A stretch of DNA of 64,000 bases. It comes from Herbinix sp. Lineage in GTDB: Bacteria > Bacillota > Clostridia > Lachnospirales > Lachnospiraceae. Made by a program: the position numbers and the translations under genes. The notes under the pieces were generated by a model, which saw only the letters and a program-made list of their open reading frames with translations, did no database searches and was not told the origin of the DNA. Shown here one piece after another: positions 1-9,948 of the stretch (position 1 is its first letter; each line of letters starts with the position of its first letter). The stretch covers positions 106,699 to 170,698 of the forward strand of contig JAQUYQ010000001.1 in NCBI GenBank assembly GCA_028691795.1. Reading direction: 5' to 3'.

Positions 1-929
1 TGCTTAATAAGCCGTTCAAAGTTAATATCCTCTTTAACGATTTTATTCTTTTTATCAATATAAGACATGGACTCCATAACCGTGTTGCTAAAGAGCTCAT
101 TAACAAAGAAACTCTTATAGACTTCCTCAGTTACTCTCTGAATAACATTGGAGTTATTTTCAGAAAGCAAGAAAGTTAAACTGTCTCTGAGACGAGTCTT
201 GCGATATCTAAGATGTTCACTGTGCTTAAATAGCCATTTACCAATATTCTTCGCATTTTCAATAATTTCTAAAAAATTTTGATTAATGAGGAAATTACCA
301 CTTTTGTTGATGATTTTATTAAGAGCACTCAAATAATCTTCAACATATGGCTTAGTATAAAGTATTTTATCAACTTCAGTTGAATTGGGATTATCTGGGG
401 TATTATATATAGGGGTGGAAAAATACTCTATAATAACATAATAAATCAATTTATTAATTTGAGGCATTCTTTTGAATACCTCTTTATTTGGGGATGGGAG
501 ATTCAAAAAGTCTTTATAGAAACTCTCAATATAAAGAGTAAAAGGTTTTTCAGAATAGAGATTATATAGAGCTGCGTTAGCTATTAAGCCAATCAATTCC
601 TTAGAATTAAATTCACAATTTCTATATAAATCGTCATTAATTTCGATGGCGAATACTCTCTCGTTTAAGTTAATTGGTTCATTCGTACCATGAATTTTAC
701 GACTAAAATAATTATTCCATATATCAAGTTCACGAGTATCAGCAGGAATAATTCTAAGGTAAGAACTCTTTTCAATTTCAGTAGTGAATTGAAGAGTAAT
801 TCCTTTTACACCAAGTCCTCTTGCAAGTGTATTGCAAATTAAATTATAATTATCTTCGTTTTTATAATCGCCGTTTAACAAATCGGTCAGAATCGATTCA
901 GCACTTTTCAGGACATCATAATCTATCAT
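1..929 (-). CDS. Hypothetical, probably virion/head protein; runs off the window edge
   Basis: ATG at 929 preceded by AAGGAGG; frame open to the edge (MIDYDVLKSAESILTDLL...); VMES and VKED protease-site-like motifs; directly downstream of the capsid gene. Confidence 0.7.
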   Translation of the reverse strand, partial: MIDYDVLKSAESILTDLLNGDYKNEDNYNLICNTLARGLGVKGITLQFTTEIEKSSYLRIIPADTRELDIWNNYFSRKIHGTNEPINLNERVFAIEINDDLYRNCEFNSKELIGLIANAALYNLYSEKPFTLYIESFYKDFLNLPSPNKEVFKRMPQINKLIYYVIIEYFSTPIYNTPDNPNSTEVDKILYTKPYVEDYLSALNKIINKSGNFLINQNFLEIIENAKNIGKWLFKHSEHLRYRKTRLRDSLTFLLSENNSNVIQRVTEEVYKSFFVNELFSNTVMESMSYIDKKNKIVKEDINFERLIK

Positions 930-963
930 GTGACAATCCTCCTTAAGTATTTTTTGGACATAA

Positions 964-1001
964 ATAGAGCCGAACACTATTAATTAAGTGTTCGGCTCTA
1001 T
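964..1001. terminator. Intrinsic terminator hairpin after the major capsid gene
   Basis: 15-bp inverted repeat ATAGAGCCGAACACT/AGTGTTCGGCTCTAT. Confidence 0.75.
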
Positions 1002-1034
1002 AGAATTCAAAGATTCAGCTACGTAAGCTAAAAC

Positions 1035-2816
1035 TTAATAGGTACCAGAGAAATCGCTCATGCCGAATCCGGTGTTAGTGAGAACAAGCTCACCCTGAAC
1101 AGGCAGAATTTCAGTGGTAAGATAACGGGACGTGCCCATTACGTTCGGGATGTTCTGAGCATTGGGATTACGATAAGTATTCTCAATGTTGAAGCTGTAC
1201 TTGTAATGCTTGAAGGTATAGGTTTCCGAAGAGGTCGGATACGCAACAATACGCAGACCATACTTCTCAGGAACCTTCATCGAGCTCACAACGTGTACGC
1301 GATCAAGGGTGTTCGTCAGAACGCCGAACTGATAGTCAAGCTGGATACCGCCAACGCGAGTATCATTGTCAATGACCCAACGAACATTGCTGTTCAGCAG
1401 AGTAACATTGTTCGGATGACCATAAACGACAAACATGATATCCGGAGTACGCAGCTTCTTCTTCATTCTCTGAATGAAACGATCAAGAGCGAACTTCAGA
1501 TCCTTCTCGATCCATTCAGGAGTCGAGTACATCTTGCCGGTCGGAATGGTAGCACTGAATTCTTTCGACTCAGTGAAACCTTCGGTGTAACCAAAGGGGA
1601 AGTGAGTCATCGTCTTCCACTTGGACAGCGAAGTGTCAAGGAAAGCAAAGACATCAGAGTCTTCGGTCTGGGTGAGAACGTTACCGATCAGATGGACATA
1701 CTTCGCAGTAATATCGGTATCAAACAGAACGTTGAAATCCTTGATCTTTTCAACGGTCAGACCGGTGTTAATGCGGGTGTTATCCGGGATAACGAACTCA
1801 ATGATTTCTCTCTCGGTATCCAGTTCCAGACTGTTGTTGTTATTCACGTTCGACAGATGCCCACCGAACTTGACCTGGGTAACATAGCTGGGAGCCGAAG
1901 TAACAGAGATAGTACCAGTGTAATAGTCAACCTCACCAAAAATACCAATGGAGATGCTAACAGGAGTATCCTCAGTAGCATCAGAGTTGGTCGTGGTCAG
2001 AGTAACAGTCGTGGTGACTTCATTGTTGAAAGCACCATTAGTGCCCTGCTTAGGCATAATGCTCAGATTGGAAACGGTAAAGGTAATCGCTCCCGAAGTG
2101 GTCAGAGTACCAAAAGCCGTACCAGAGGGAATCGAGCCCTTAATAGCAGAGATGCAGAAATCCATATTCAGAGTGTCACGGGTAGCAAGCGAGCCACCAG
2201 CAATACCAAGAACGTCAAACTTATGAAGGGGAAGAGTGCCAGATTCAGGATAGAACGTATCGGGCATTGCATCGCCCTTACCCAGCTTGACAACCTCTTT
2301 GTACTCTTCATTGTAGTAGATTTCCGGAATGTAATATTTCTTGCCCTGGGCATCCTTCAGGAAGTCACGCTCAAAGGGCAGCTTAATAACAGGTTTAACG
2401 GGGATTTCCGTATTGACAACGTCTTTCGAGTTGCAGGACAGGAAATTCTTCTTAAGAACAGCCAGCGACAGACCGACAACCGGCTCCATCTGGCCAACGG
2501 CAGATTCGCGAACCAGCTCATAGCGAGAGTTCTCGAAAAGCTGAGTCATCTTCTCGCGAATGCAGGAATAAGGGTTGGTATCGGACATGGCCTCAGTAAC
2601 CTGAAGACCATCATCAAGATCCTCCAAAAGTGCCTCACGATAGATTTCAGAATATTCATCGGATTTCAGGATTGTGGCAGCATCGCCAACGATATCCAAG
2701 TTATACTGATTCTTGAAATTCTCCGTAACACTACGAAGATTTTCATCAAATCCCTTATTCTTGGAAATATTAAAGCTGCCGATAGTCTTGGTAAACTCGA
2801 CGGTTTCTTTACGCAT
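1035..2816 (-). CDS. Major capsid protein precursor (AR9/phiKZ-like)
   Basis: 593 aa; acidic N-terminal propeptide ending near LVRES; high-expression codon bias; late promoter and strong SD upstream; near the prohead protease. Confidence 0.75.
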   Translation of the reverse strand: MRKETVEFTKTIGSFNISKNKGFDENLRSVTENFKNQYNLDIVGDAATILKSDEYSEIYREALLEDLDDGLQVTEAMSDTNPYSCIREKMTQLFENSRYELVRESAVGQMEPVVGLSLAVLKKNFLSCNSKDVVNTEIPVKPVIKLPFERDFLKDAQGKKYYIPEIYYNEEYKEVVKLGKGDAMPDTFYPESGTLPLHKFDVLGIAGGSLATRDTLNMDFCISAIKGSIPSGTAFGTLTTSGAITFTVSNLSIMPKQGTNGAFNNEVTTTVTLTTTNSDATEDTPVSISIGIFGEVDYYTGTISVTSAPSYVTQVKFGGHLSNVNNNNSLELDTEREIIEFVIPDNTRINTGLTVEKIKDFNVLFDTDITAKYVHLIGNVLTQTEDSDVFAFLDTSLSKWKTMTHFPFGYTEGFTESKEFSATIPTGKMYSTPEWIEKDLKFALDRFIQRMKKKLRTPDIMFVVYGHPNNVTLLNSNVRWVIDNDTRVGGIQLDYQFGVLTNTLDRVHVVSSMKVPEKYGLRIVAYPTSSETYTFKHYKYSFNIENTYRNPNAQNIPNVMGTSRYLTTEILPVQGELVLTNTGFGMSDFSGTY

Positions 2817-2843
2817 AAACTTATATCTCCTTTCGGTTATTTT

Positions 2844-2855
2844 TACTTTATTGTT
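2844..2855 (-). promoter_or_regulatory. Late (nvRNAP) promoter AACA-N6-TA
   Basis: AACAataaagTA upstream of the capsid gene SD; matches the AR9 late consensus. Confidence 0.7.
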
Positions 2856-3500
2856 TTACTGTTTGTCCTCAAAAGCCTTAATTTTCGATAATAGAGACAA
2901 ATTAATTCTATAAGCCTCTAAAAAGTAGTTATAATTAACTAAATTGATCGTATAAGTATTAGCTCTATAGCTAAATACAATATAGTTAAATGTAACTTCT
3001 TTAAGAAGCTCAAAATTGTGATTAACTTGCTCTACTATTGCGATGATAAAATTATTCTTCTTAGGTATTTGCGAAATTTTACTGATAGTCTCACAAATAG
3101 AATTGTAGATATCAATAAAATTATTTATTAATTTTAATGTTGATAATTTATTATCCCCATTATCATCATTTTCTGTTTCTTCTTCAGAAGTTTCCTCATC
3201 CTCATCATTTTCAGTATCATCCATCTCTTCATCGGGATTGTCATCTGATGGGATTTCTTCATCGGGAGATTCCTCCTCCGACTCTTCTTCCTCTTCAGGT
3301 TCTTCTTCAGGAGTCTCCTCCTCTTTTTCGTCTTCATTATCTTCATCATCGGAATTTACTTTTTCTTCCTCCGGTTCGTTAACATCCTTTTCATCATTGG
3401 GGGCCTCCATGACAATACAAGTGTTAATAATAACATTTTCCAGCGTCACAGATTCAACGATTCCATCGACTTCTTTTAAGCGTTCAAGGAAATAATTCAT
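2856..3500 (-). CDS. Acidic head-associated/scaffold-like protein
   Basis: 214 aa with a long D/E tract and IVES/VMEA motifs; coupled to the upstream gene. Confidence 0.6.
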   Translation of the reverse strand: MNYFLERLKEVDGIVESVTLENVIINTCIVMEAPNDEKDVNEPEEEKVNSDDEDNEDEKEEETPEEEPEEEEESEEESPDEEIPSDDNPDEEMDDTENDEDEETSEEETENDDNGDNKLSTLKLINNFIDIYNSICETISKISQIPKKNNFIIAIVEQVNHNFELLKEVTFNYIVFSYRANTYTINLVNYNYFLEAYRINLSLLSKIKAFEDKQ

Positions 3501-4960
3501 TTCTTTATCTCCTCCTTCTTATAATCTACGTAATCGTCTTTAAGATTATATTTGATGCGATTGATATCTCGTTCAACACGATTTTTTAAACGCATCAGTT
3601 TATATTTAGAAGCTTTATCATTATCAGATCTTGCATCATCAATCTTCTCTTCAATGATTTTCAATTCATGCTCAAGATCTTTTAGTAAAATTGCTTTTTG
3701 TTTAGCATCGAAGTGTTTACTGAGAACTGTAGAAACTAATAATGTTAAAGCAGCATATGCTGGGGTAAGAGTAATTGTACCAACAGCCAATGCTAACGTA
3801 GTATCTCTAACTATTTTTAAAAGTTTAACTCTGACAGTTCCTTTTAAAATTCTCTCTCTGCGTTCCTTGGCATCGCTACTGCGAATTTTCTCTATTACAT
3901 CATTCGCAGATCTTTCCCAATTAACAAGGCTTCGACCAAGAATTTTTAAAACATGTTCATCTCTACCAATCTTCTTCACTTGTTGTAAAGCGGCATCGGA
4001 TTTGGCAGCAATCTTTCTTGCGACCTTTTTCATCTTTCCAGCTTCCGTAACAACATCATTGAAATAAGTTGTACTGAAATTAGCAAAGAACTCAAGGATC
4101 TCCACGTTGACATCATCCGATAAACAACTTTCTATAAGACGGTCGAGGAAGTATTCAGTGACCTGATTGATCTCTTCCAAATCTTCTTCAGTTTCACATT
4201 TGATACAATCATCCTCATCAATAGTTTCAAGTTCTATAGTTGGATTCATCGTAGCAAAGTTTTCTTCGGATATAATCTCTTCCACTAAATAATTTGGACG
4301 AATTAAATGAGTGGGAAATTCTTTTTTAAGAACAACCGGTTTACATTCATGAAGAACCTTTGGAAACACCATCCCATCATATGAAACCATATTATGGAGT
4401 TTGATGTATTCATCAGCTCTATTTTCAAAATCAGTAAACAATGATTGTTCTTCAATTGTCAGACTATTATATAATTGAATAAGTTCATTAAAGAGAATAA
4501 AATCACCTTTATTGAAAATCAAATTAACAATAAGATCGATTTTTTCAATCATGAACTTCTTATGAATAATACAACGTATCACTTTTTCTAATTGGATTGA
4601 CAATACATGAGAGTCTGTACATTCATCAAACAATAGGACGAATACAGAATCGTCAAGATTATCCCCAGCATTTATAGAATAAAGAACACGAACAAAAGCT
4701 TCGTATTCGTTAGTGATCTGAGATTTATAATTAATAAGTTTTTCCTCGGGATTTTCTCCAACCACTTCACTCATCAACGATTCTATAACACCAAGAAAAT
4801 TAGCCAACTCTTTATTTTCAATCTTAGATAAAGAGTCCCAATTCTCTAAGATATCATAGACAGATGACTCGTGAATAATATAATCAGAAAATTTACCATA
4901 GGAAGTAGGAGTGTTGATTTTTTTGGCTTCTATTAGCCGTTTCTTAAACTCGCTATTCAT
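3497..4960 (-). CDS. Putative internal head protein
   Basis: 487 aa; several xES/xEA motifs; basic coiled-coil C-terminus with a hydrophobic stretch; late promoter upstream. Confidence 0.55.
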   Translation of the reverse strand: MNSEFKKRLIEAKKINTPTSYGKFSDYIIHESSVYDILENWDSLSKIENKELANFLGVIESLMSEVVGENPEEKLINYKSQITNEYEAFVRVLYSINAGDNLDDSVFVLLFDECTDSHVLSIQLEKVIRCIIHKKFMIEKIDLIVNLIFNKGDFILFNELIQLYNSLTIEEQSLFTDFENRADEYIKLHNMVSYDGMVFPKVLHECKPVVLKKEFPTHLIRPNYLVEEIISEENFATMNPTIELETIDEDDCIKCETEEDLEEINQVTEYFLDRLIESCLSDDVNVEILEFFANFSTTYFNDVVTEAGKMKKVARKIAAKSDAALQQVKKIGRDEHVLKILGRSLVNWERSANDVIEKIRSSDAKERRERILKGTVRVKLLKIVRDTTLALAVGTITLTPAYAALTLLVSTVLSKHFDAKQKAILLKDLEHELKIIEEKIDDARSDNDKASKYKLMRLKNRVERDINRIKYNLKDDYVDYKKEEIKK

Positions 4961-4991
4961 CGTATAAATTCAACTCCTTTCTTATATATAT

Positions 4992-5028
4992 TAACTAATT
5001 GTTAAAACCATTTTTAAACAAATAAATA
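4992..5028. promoter_or_regulatory. Divergent pair of late promoters AACA-N6-TA
   Basis: Minus strand AACAattagtTA (4992-5003); plus strand AACAaataaaTA (5017-5028). Confidence 0.7.
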
Positions 5029-5069
5029 AGACTATGACCTATTTATCTTATAGGAAAGGATGAAAATAT

Positions 5070-5900
5070 ATGGCAAAAAAAATTAATGCTTTCATTGTAA
5101 TGGAGAGTATGGGTGAAGTTGAAAAGCCTTCAAATATACAGGTTGTCAAAGAAAACAACCTATCTTATATTCGCTTCAAAAGCACTCTTCAAGACCTTGA
5201 AGTCAGAAACCGTAATGGTCGTAAGTATATGCGTTCATCAATTGTTCCGGGGCTCCAAGCACAACATATCCAAGAACTCATGGCTAAAAAATCTTGGTGT
5301 GGAGAAGCTGGTCATCCTCTGACCAATGATAAAGCCAGAATTCTTACTATTGACCCCAAAGCAATTTCCCATAGAATCTGTTCAACCGAAGTTATTGGAA
5401 ATACTGTTAAGGGAGTCATTGAGACTCTCGACAATGGTTCTTTTGGTAATGAAATGACCAAATTGGTTCTTCAGGGAGTTGAAGCAGCGTTTAGTCTTAG
5501 AGCTCTTGCTAAACTTGAAGTTGATCGCGATGGATCGCAAGTGGCTATTAAACCTGCTCATATCGTTACTTATGACTGGGTATTTCTCCCTAGTCATAAA
5601 ACTGCTTATCTTGATGATATTCGCGAGGTGCAATTGATTTCAAAGGATATCAATTCTGCGAATGTTGTCAAGGAAGGATACATGGAAGCTGTAACCGAAT
5701 CATCGCTGATCGATTACATTGTTTCCGAGTCCAAGAATATTCAGATCATTTCCGATATTATGGAATGCTCTGTTAACAGCTTTAAACTCAGTAAAGATCT
5801 TAAATCTGTCGTTATGGAATCTTCCATGGGTAAGATTGAAGCTCCAATTGAAGAGAAGATTGAAAGAGATATATCTCGCTATATGTCTAAGATATTTTAA
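5070..5900 (+). CDS. Prohead core protein protease (T4 gp21-like)
   Basis: Motifs RNRNGRKY, GEAGHP, FSLRA, YDWVFLPSH correspond to gp21 NRNGRxY/GELxHP/SSRG/DxVxxPS. Confidence 0.85.
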   Translation: MAKKINAFIVMESMGEVEKPSNIQVVKENNLSYIRFKSTLQDLEVRNRNGRKYMRSSIVPGLQAQHIQELMAKKSWCGEAGHPLTNDKARILTIDPKAISHRICSTEVIGNTVKGVIETLDNGSFGNEMTKLVLQGVEAAFSLRALAKLEVDRDGSQVAIKPAHIVTYDWVFLPSHKTAYLDDIREVQLISKDINSANVVKEGYMEAVTESSLIDYIVSESKNIQIISDIMECSVNSFKLSKDLKSVVMESSMGKIEAPIEEKIERDISRYMSKIF

Positions 5901-5913
5901 GGAGGGATAATCA

Positions 5914-6645
5914 ATGGTAAACATTGGCCATTTATTAACCTCTATTAAAATGAGCTTAGGTATCTATCAGATTAAGCTTCCATTTGATAATCCAGATGAA
6001 GCTTTGATGGATGTTTTAAGAATAAAAACCCTTCCAATCTTTAGTGTATATTATCCTTATAATATGCGCCGATTTATTAAATTGGCTGATTTGACACCTA
6101 TTGATAAATCATACGAAAGAAGCATATATCGAGTTCCTGAAGAACTTGTTGCCGGAAGACGAATAATAACTATCAATAATATCGAACCTCGAAATAGACC
6201 AATGGGTGGTAACTACTTAGATCCTAATATGGGTTATCAAAGCTCCGAATTATTTGGAGAAATAATGATGACTCAATTGAATCAGGATTTAACATCGCTG
6301 GTTACTCCACCTTTTACTTGGGAATTTAGAGAGCCCAATATATTGATACTTTATAATATTACCGCTTTATATGGTGAAGCTGAATTTGACTTTGGTTTAG
6401 TACACGATGAGAATCTTTCTACGATCCCAATGACATTATATGAAGCTTTTCATGAATTGGCTTTGTTAGACATAAAAGAGTTTCTTTATAATGCTTTGAA
6501 GTATTATAATGAACTAAGCACAGCTTATGGTACAATCACTCTAAAGATTGATGACTGGTCCGATGCTGCTAATCAGAAATCAGATCTATTATCAAAATGG
6601 ACTGATACATTCCATCTTAGTCGCAAAGCCCTATATATTAGATAA
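5914..6645 (+). CDS. Putative neck/head-tail connector protein
   Basis: 243 aa co-transcribed with the protease; SLG start and C-terminal layout resemble T4 gp13-like neck proteins. Confidence 0.5.
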   Translation: MVNIGHLLTSIKMSLGIYQIKLPFDNPDEALMDVLRIKTLPIFSVYYPYNMRRFIKLADLTPIDKSYERSIYRVPEELVAGRRIITINNIEPRNRPMGGNYLDPNMGYQSSELFGEIMMTQLNQDLTSLVTPPFTWEFREPNILILYNITALYGEAEFDFGLVHDENLSTIPMTLYEAFHELALLDIKEFLYNALKYYNELSTAYGTITLKIDDWSDAANQKSDLLSKWTDTFHLSRKALYIR

Positions 6646-6648
6646 AAA

Positions 6649-6686
6649 AAATAAGAGCATACGATTTTATTCGTATGCTCTTATTT
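6649..6686. terminator. Bidirectional terminator between convergent genes
   Basis: AATAAGAGCATACGA/TCGTATGCTCTTATT inverted repeat with A/T flanks. Confidence 0.75.
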
Positions 6687-6770
6687 CTATGTCGTGGTAT
6701 TTAATCCTCGCTGATTGCCTTGTCAAGGAATTTAGCGAATCTCGCATCTTCACGCTCGCTTGGGGTGAGT

Positions 6771-7787
6771 TCATCGGGGAGACAAACACATAACCGTCCG
6801 GTAAATTATGAATTTACCGGTGACAAGATAGGCATGATCGCTGAACTCCTCATCAGTCATGGTTGTGTACGTGAACTCATTGAACGCCGGGAAATGATCG
6901 ATGATACCAAGCCGAGTAAGGCATTTCTTAATAAGACGAATCTGAAGAATCGTCTTATTGATGCTGTACAAGGCGATTGTCCCCACACGGAACGACATAA
7001 TACCATCTTCGTCGTGCATGAGAGTGTCGAAGAGCTTCACGAAATTCGAAGCATCCTCGATGCTCATGAACATGTGATCTCCCCAACTGCTCTTGATTCC
7101 GGTCTCGAGGTTATAGCGAACGTCTCGCTCCTCATAACCAGAACGTCGGCCATCGTCATCATAATCCGGGACACACTCACGACCACGCCGCTCGAATACG
7201 CAATTGAGCGCATCAGGCTCATGAACAACGCCCTGAAGCATGATGGTATAGATATTGGAAATCTGAATATCGCGATTGTTGCAGCGAATGAAATCGGAAG
7301 GCTCAGCGCCATTGAATTCCATATTGTCGTTAGCCGCCGTGTCAGTTGTGTAATCCATCATTTCTTTTTCTCCTTCTTTGTCTGTCATTGTTGTTTCTGC
7401 TTCCGGGATAACCCTGATAGGGGGAACTGAGCCAGGAAATAGCTGCCACACACTCTTACCGAGATGATACTCGATACGACCGATAGCCATACCCAACATC
7501 ATTAACTCCTCGGCATCTTTGCGCTCACCCCACAGATTTCCATCTTTATCAAATGAAAGAGAGTCGAAATAACGCCCCCATTTGAAACCATCATCGAGTT
7601 CGCCAATGATAGCGGATATCTCATCCCGGTATTTTTCAACCCGTATTGGGTTAAATCCAACCGTGATGGTAACACCATCAACGCGAATATAATCGTTCTC
7701 AGTTGGCTGGCCATCGAATTTCTCCAGTTCTTCTTCGGTGAAAAGACAATCAAGAAAGATCTCATTTACACGAGTAGCAGATATCAT
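6771..7787 (-). CDS. Hypothetical protein; N-terminal domain paralogous to the C-terminal domain of 7801..8757
   Basis: AGGAGG SD; MISATRVNEIFLDCLF...FDKDGNLWG...LGMAIGRI aligns with MITAQSVWDVFSDCLF...FDKNGIEWG...LGIAIGRI. Confidence 0.75.
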   Translation of the reverse strand: MISATRVNEIFLDCLFTEEELEKFDGQPTENDYIRVDGVTITVGFNPIRVEKYRDEISAIIGELDDGFKWGRYFDSLSFDKDGNLWGERKDAEELMMLGMAIGRIEYHLGKSVWQLFPGSVPPIRVIPEAETTMTDKEGEKEMMDYTTDTAANDNMEFNGAEPSDFIRCNNRDIQISNIYTIMLQGVVHEPDALNCVFERRGRECVPDYDDDGRRSGYEERDVRYNLETGIKSSWGDHMFMSIEDASNFVKLFDTLMHDEDGIMSFRVGTIALYSINKTILQIRLIKKCLTRLGIIDHFPAFNEFTYTTMTDEEFSDHAYLVTGKFIIYRTVMCLSPR

Positions 7788-7800
7788 TTGTCTACCTCCT

Positions 7801-8757
7801 TTATACTATAGTCAATGTCCGAACCGCTGTGGCATCATCGATAAATGTTATCTGATGATCTGAGGTATTCCGGCGACCATGTTTATATTTTGCCGGAGTA
7901 TATCGAATGCGCCCGATTGCAATTCCGAGAAACATCAATCTCTTAGCATCATCCTCTGAACCCCATTCAATACCATTTTTATCGAATTGAAGATCTTGGT
8001 ATCTGCAAGTGAGTCCGCCATTGGGATCAATCACCGCATCTACCAAAAGAGATATATCTTTCCGGCGGTTTTCAATCTCAGATCTTTTAAAGTATAACCT
8101 ACAACCAATACCGTCAACGACGATATACTCTCCGGTTGGTAATTCAGCTTCCTCGTCTTCATCAAAAAGACAATCGCTAAAAACATCCCATACCGACTGT
8201 GCTGTTATCATCGATTTTCTACCTCCTTTAATATAATTATCATAGTCCCTTTTGAAGATTTCGTACATTTTCATGTCACGATACTCTCCATCGAAACCAA
8301 CACACGTCTCAAGTCTATAACCGGCAATACGACCACCGTATTTTTTAACGATTTTATCGTACATTTTTTCAGCCGGATTGCCAACAAAAACATACCACTC
8401 AATTTTTCTAAATCGATGCACACGGAATAAATCAGAGAGAAACTTATACATATCGCGGGAGAATGTAATATTAGAATCTCTAAAGTTAACAATAGTGAGC
8501 CCATCGATAATTTTGGCCTCTCGATCAACCGAGGCCGAGAAAAGTCCAATGATATCATCTTCCGAATCAACACTCACCATTTGAATTCGATTGGTTGATG
8601 AATTATCAATGGTCACATTATAAGTCCAACCAGACCCAGAAAAGAGATATTTGTATTTAGGATTAAATGCCATCCTTTCCCATTCTAGGTTTAAAGACGC
8701 CTCATAAGATTTTGCCAGTTTAAGCATATCAGATCTCCTCCAACCTGGATAGTTCAA
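7801..8757 (-). CDS. GNAT/RimJ-like acetyltransferase domain fused in frame to a second domain; true start probably MLKLAK at 8727
   Basis: FRKIEWYVFVGNPAEKMYDKIVKKYGGRIAG...FDGEYRDMKMYEI is a RimJ/RimL-type GNAT signature. Confidence 0.6.
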   Translation of the reverse strand: MNYPGWRRSDMLKLAKSYEASLNLEWERMAFNPKYKYLFSGSGWTYNVTIDNSSTNRIQMVSVDSEDDIIGLFSASVDREAKIIDGLTIVNFRDSNITFSRDMYKFLSDLFRVHRFRKIEWYVFVGNPAEKMYDKIVKKYGGRIAGYRLETCVGFDGEYRDMKMYEIFKRDYDNYIKGGRKSMITAQSVWDVFSDCLFDEDEEAELPTGEYIVVDGIGCRLYFKRSEIENRRKDISLLVDAVIDPNGGLTCRYQDLQFDKNGIEWGSEDDAKRLMFLGIAIGRIRYTPAKYKHGRRNTSDHQITFIDDATAVRTLTIV

Positions 8758-9118
8758 ATCCGTATATGTCTTTTAATGCTGAAATCATATCCACTTCTTC
8801 AAGAACCCCAATGATTAAATTAACGGACTCAATACGATAGTTCAAAGTCCGTAAACTGTCTTTCATCCTATTGATTTCTTCATCTTTGAGAATTTCTCTA
8901 AGGGTGACATAAAAGGATAGGAATACCTTCAATGGAATTAATTGATCCACCCTACGATAAATGATTCCCTCTTGCATATCGAGAAAATCAGAGTTTGCAC
9001 CATCAGATATTTCGAGAAACAAAGAAACATTCTCGGTTGGCATAATATACCATTTTTCTGGATTGGGAACATAAAGATCCTCAATTTGATGAGTCGAACT
9101 AAATGTAAAACTCGGCAT
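8729..9118 (-). CDS. Hypothetical protein
   Basis: 129 aa, GGAGG SD, within a tightly packed operon. Confidence 0.65.
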   Translation of the reverse strand: MPSFTFSSTHQIEDLYVPNPEKWYIMPTENVSLFLEISDGANSDFLDMQEGIIYRRVDQLIPLKVFLSFYVTLREILKDEEINRMKDSLRTLNYRIESVNLIIGVLEEVDMISALKDIYGFELSRLEEI

Positions 9119-9129
9119 TTTAACCCCTC

Positions 9130-9651
9130 CTATATCCTCTCACCTCTAAGAAATTCGGTCATATTGTGTATATAGGTAAATTTATATTCTCCTTTGTTGA
9201 TAATTTTTCGAGTGCCGTTTGTTGTTTTGATGATTGTCTTTTCAACAACACATCGCCCACAAACGACCTCATATTCAGATTCATAACCATATGAAACGAT
9301 AGATTCAATTTCGAGATCGGGTTTCATCGCCCGAGCAACGGTTCTCCGATAAGATCTTTTGAAATATATAGGGCTAACGAACTTGTTGATGTAAAACCCA
9401 CAGCAATCATCACCCATACCATTTTTCAAAAGATCAAGAGTAATTCTCCTATTAATCATAAGATGAAATAACCGAAATAACACATTCTCCTTAAGTTTCT
9501 TGATAAAACTCCAAGGAGAAAGTTGTTTATAGCCCGAATCGCTCACTTCGACCTTTGTGATAGGTAACCGAAAGAATACACCATACTCTTCCTTTTCCTC
9601 GGCGTTGATGATGTAATGCTCAAACACCAAACTTCTACTGTAGTTGTCCAT
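9130..9651 (-). CDS. Hypothetical protein; start reassigned to MDNYS
   Basis: AGGAGGT SD directly before the ATG at 9651. Confidence 0.65.
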   Translation of the reverse strand: MDNYSRSLVFEHYIINAEEKEEYGVFFRLPITKVEVSDSGYKQLSPWSFIKKLKENVLFRLFHLMINRRITLDLLKNGMGDDCCGFYINKFVSPIYFKRSYRRTVARAMKPDLEIESIVSYGYESEYEVVCGRCVVEKTIIKTTNGTRKIINKGEYKFTYIHNMTEFLRGERI

Positions 9652-9661
9652 TTTTAACCTC

Positions 9662-9838
9662 CTATAAAATAAACAAAAGTAGCATCGGAACATACAAAGC
9701 TCCGATAGCGCCGATAACCCACGAGGGGTTCATAAGTACCATTGTTACATAATCAACCGGATATTCAATCCGATCGTTAGCAACTCTCCGAATGGAATTA
9801 TTGACAGCTTTGGCAAAGCTCTTATTAAACTTTTTCAT
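9662..9838 (-). CDS. Small membrane protein (58 aa, not in the ORF track)
   Basis: AAGGAG SD; MKKFNKSFAKAVNN...WVIGAIGALYVPMLLLFIL; first gene after an early promoter. Confidence 0.6.
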   Translation of the reverse strand: MKKFNKSFAKAVNNSIRRVANDRIEYPVDYVTMVLMNPSWVIGAIGALYVPMLLLFIL

Positions 9839-9873
9839 ATTTATATCTCCTTTTTATACTTCTTATTATAGAT

Positions 9874-9883
9874 ATAATATATA
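9874..9883 (-). promoter_or_regulatory. Early (virion RNAP) promoter TATATATTAT
   Basis: Same 10-mer recurs at similar spacing before several non-structural operons. Confidence 0.6.
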
Positions 9884-9912
9884 ATCATTAATCAATAAAT
9901 TACAAAAAATAT

Positions 9913-9944
9913 TATAGAGCCATATAATTAATTATATGGCTCTA
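9913..9944. terminator. Terminator/palindrome
   Basis: ATAGAGCCATATAATT/AATTATATGGCTCTAT. Confidence 0.7.
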
Positions 9945-9948
9945 TTTA

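Noticed and set aside
1206-2891. 561-aa antisense ORF over the capsid gene
   Set aside because: Mirror-frame artefact of strong codon bias in a highly expressed gene; no SD and implausible composition
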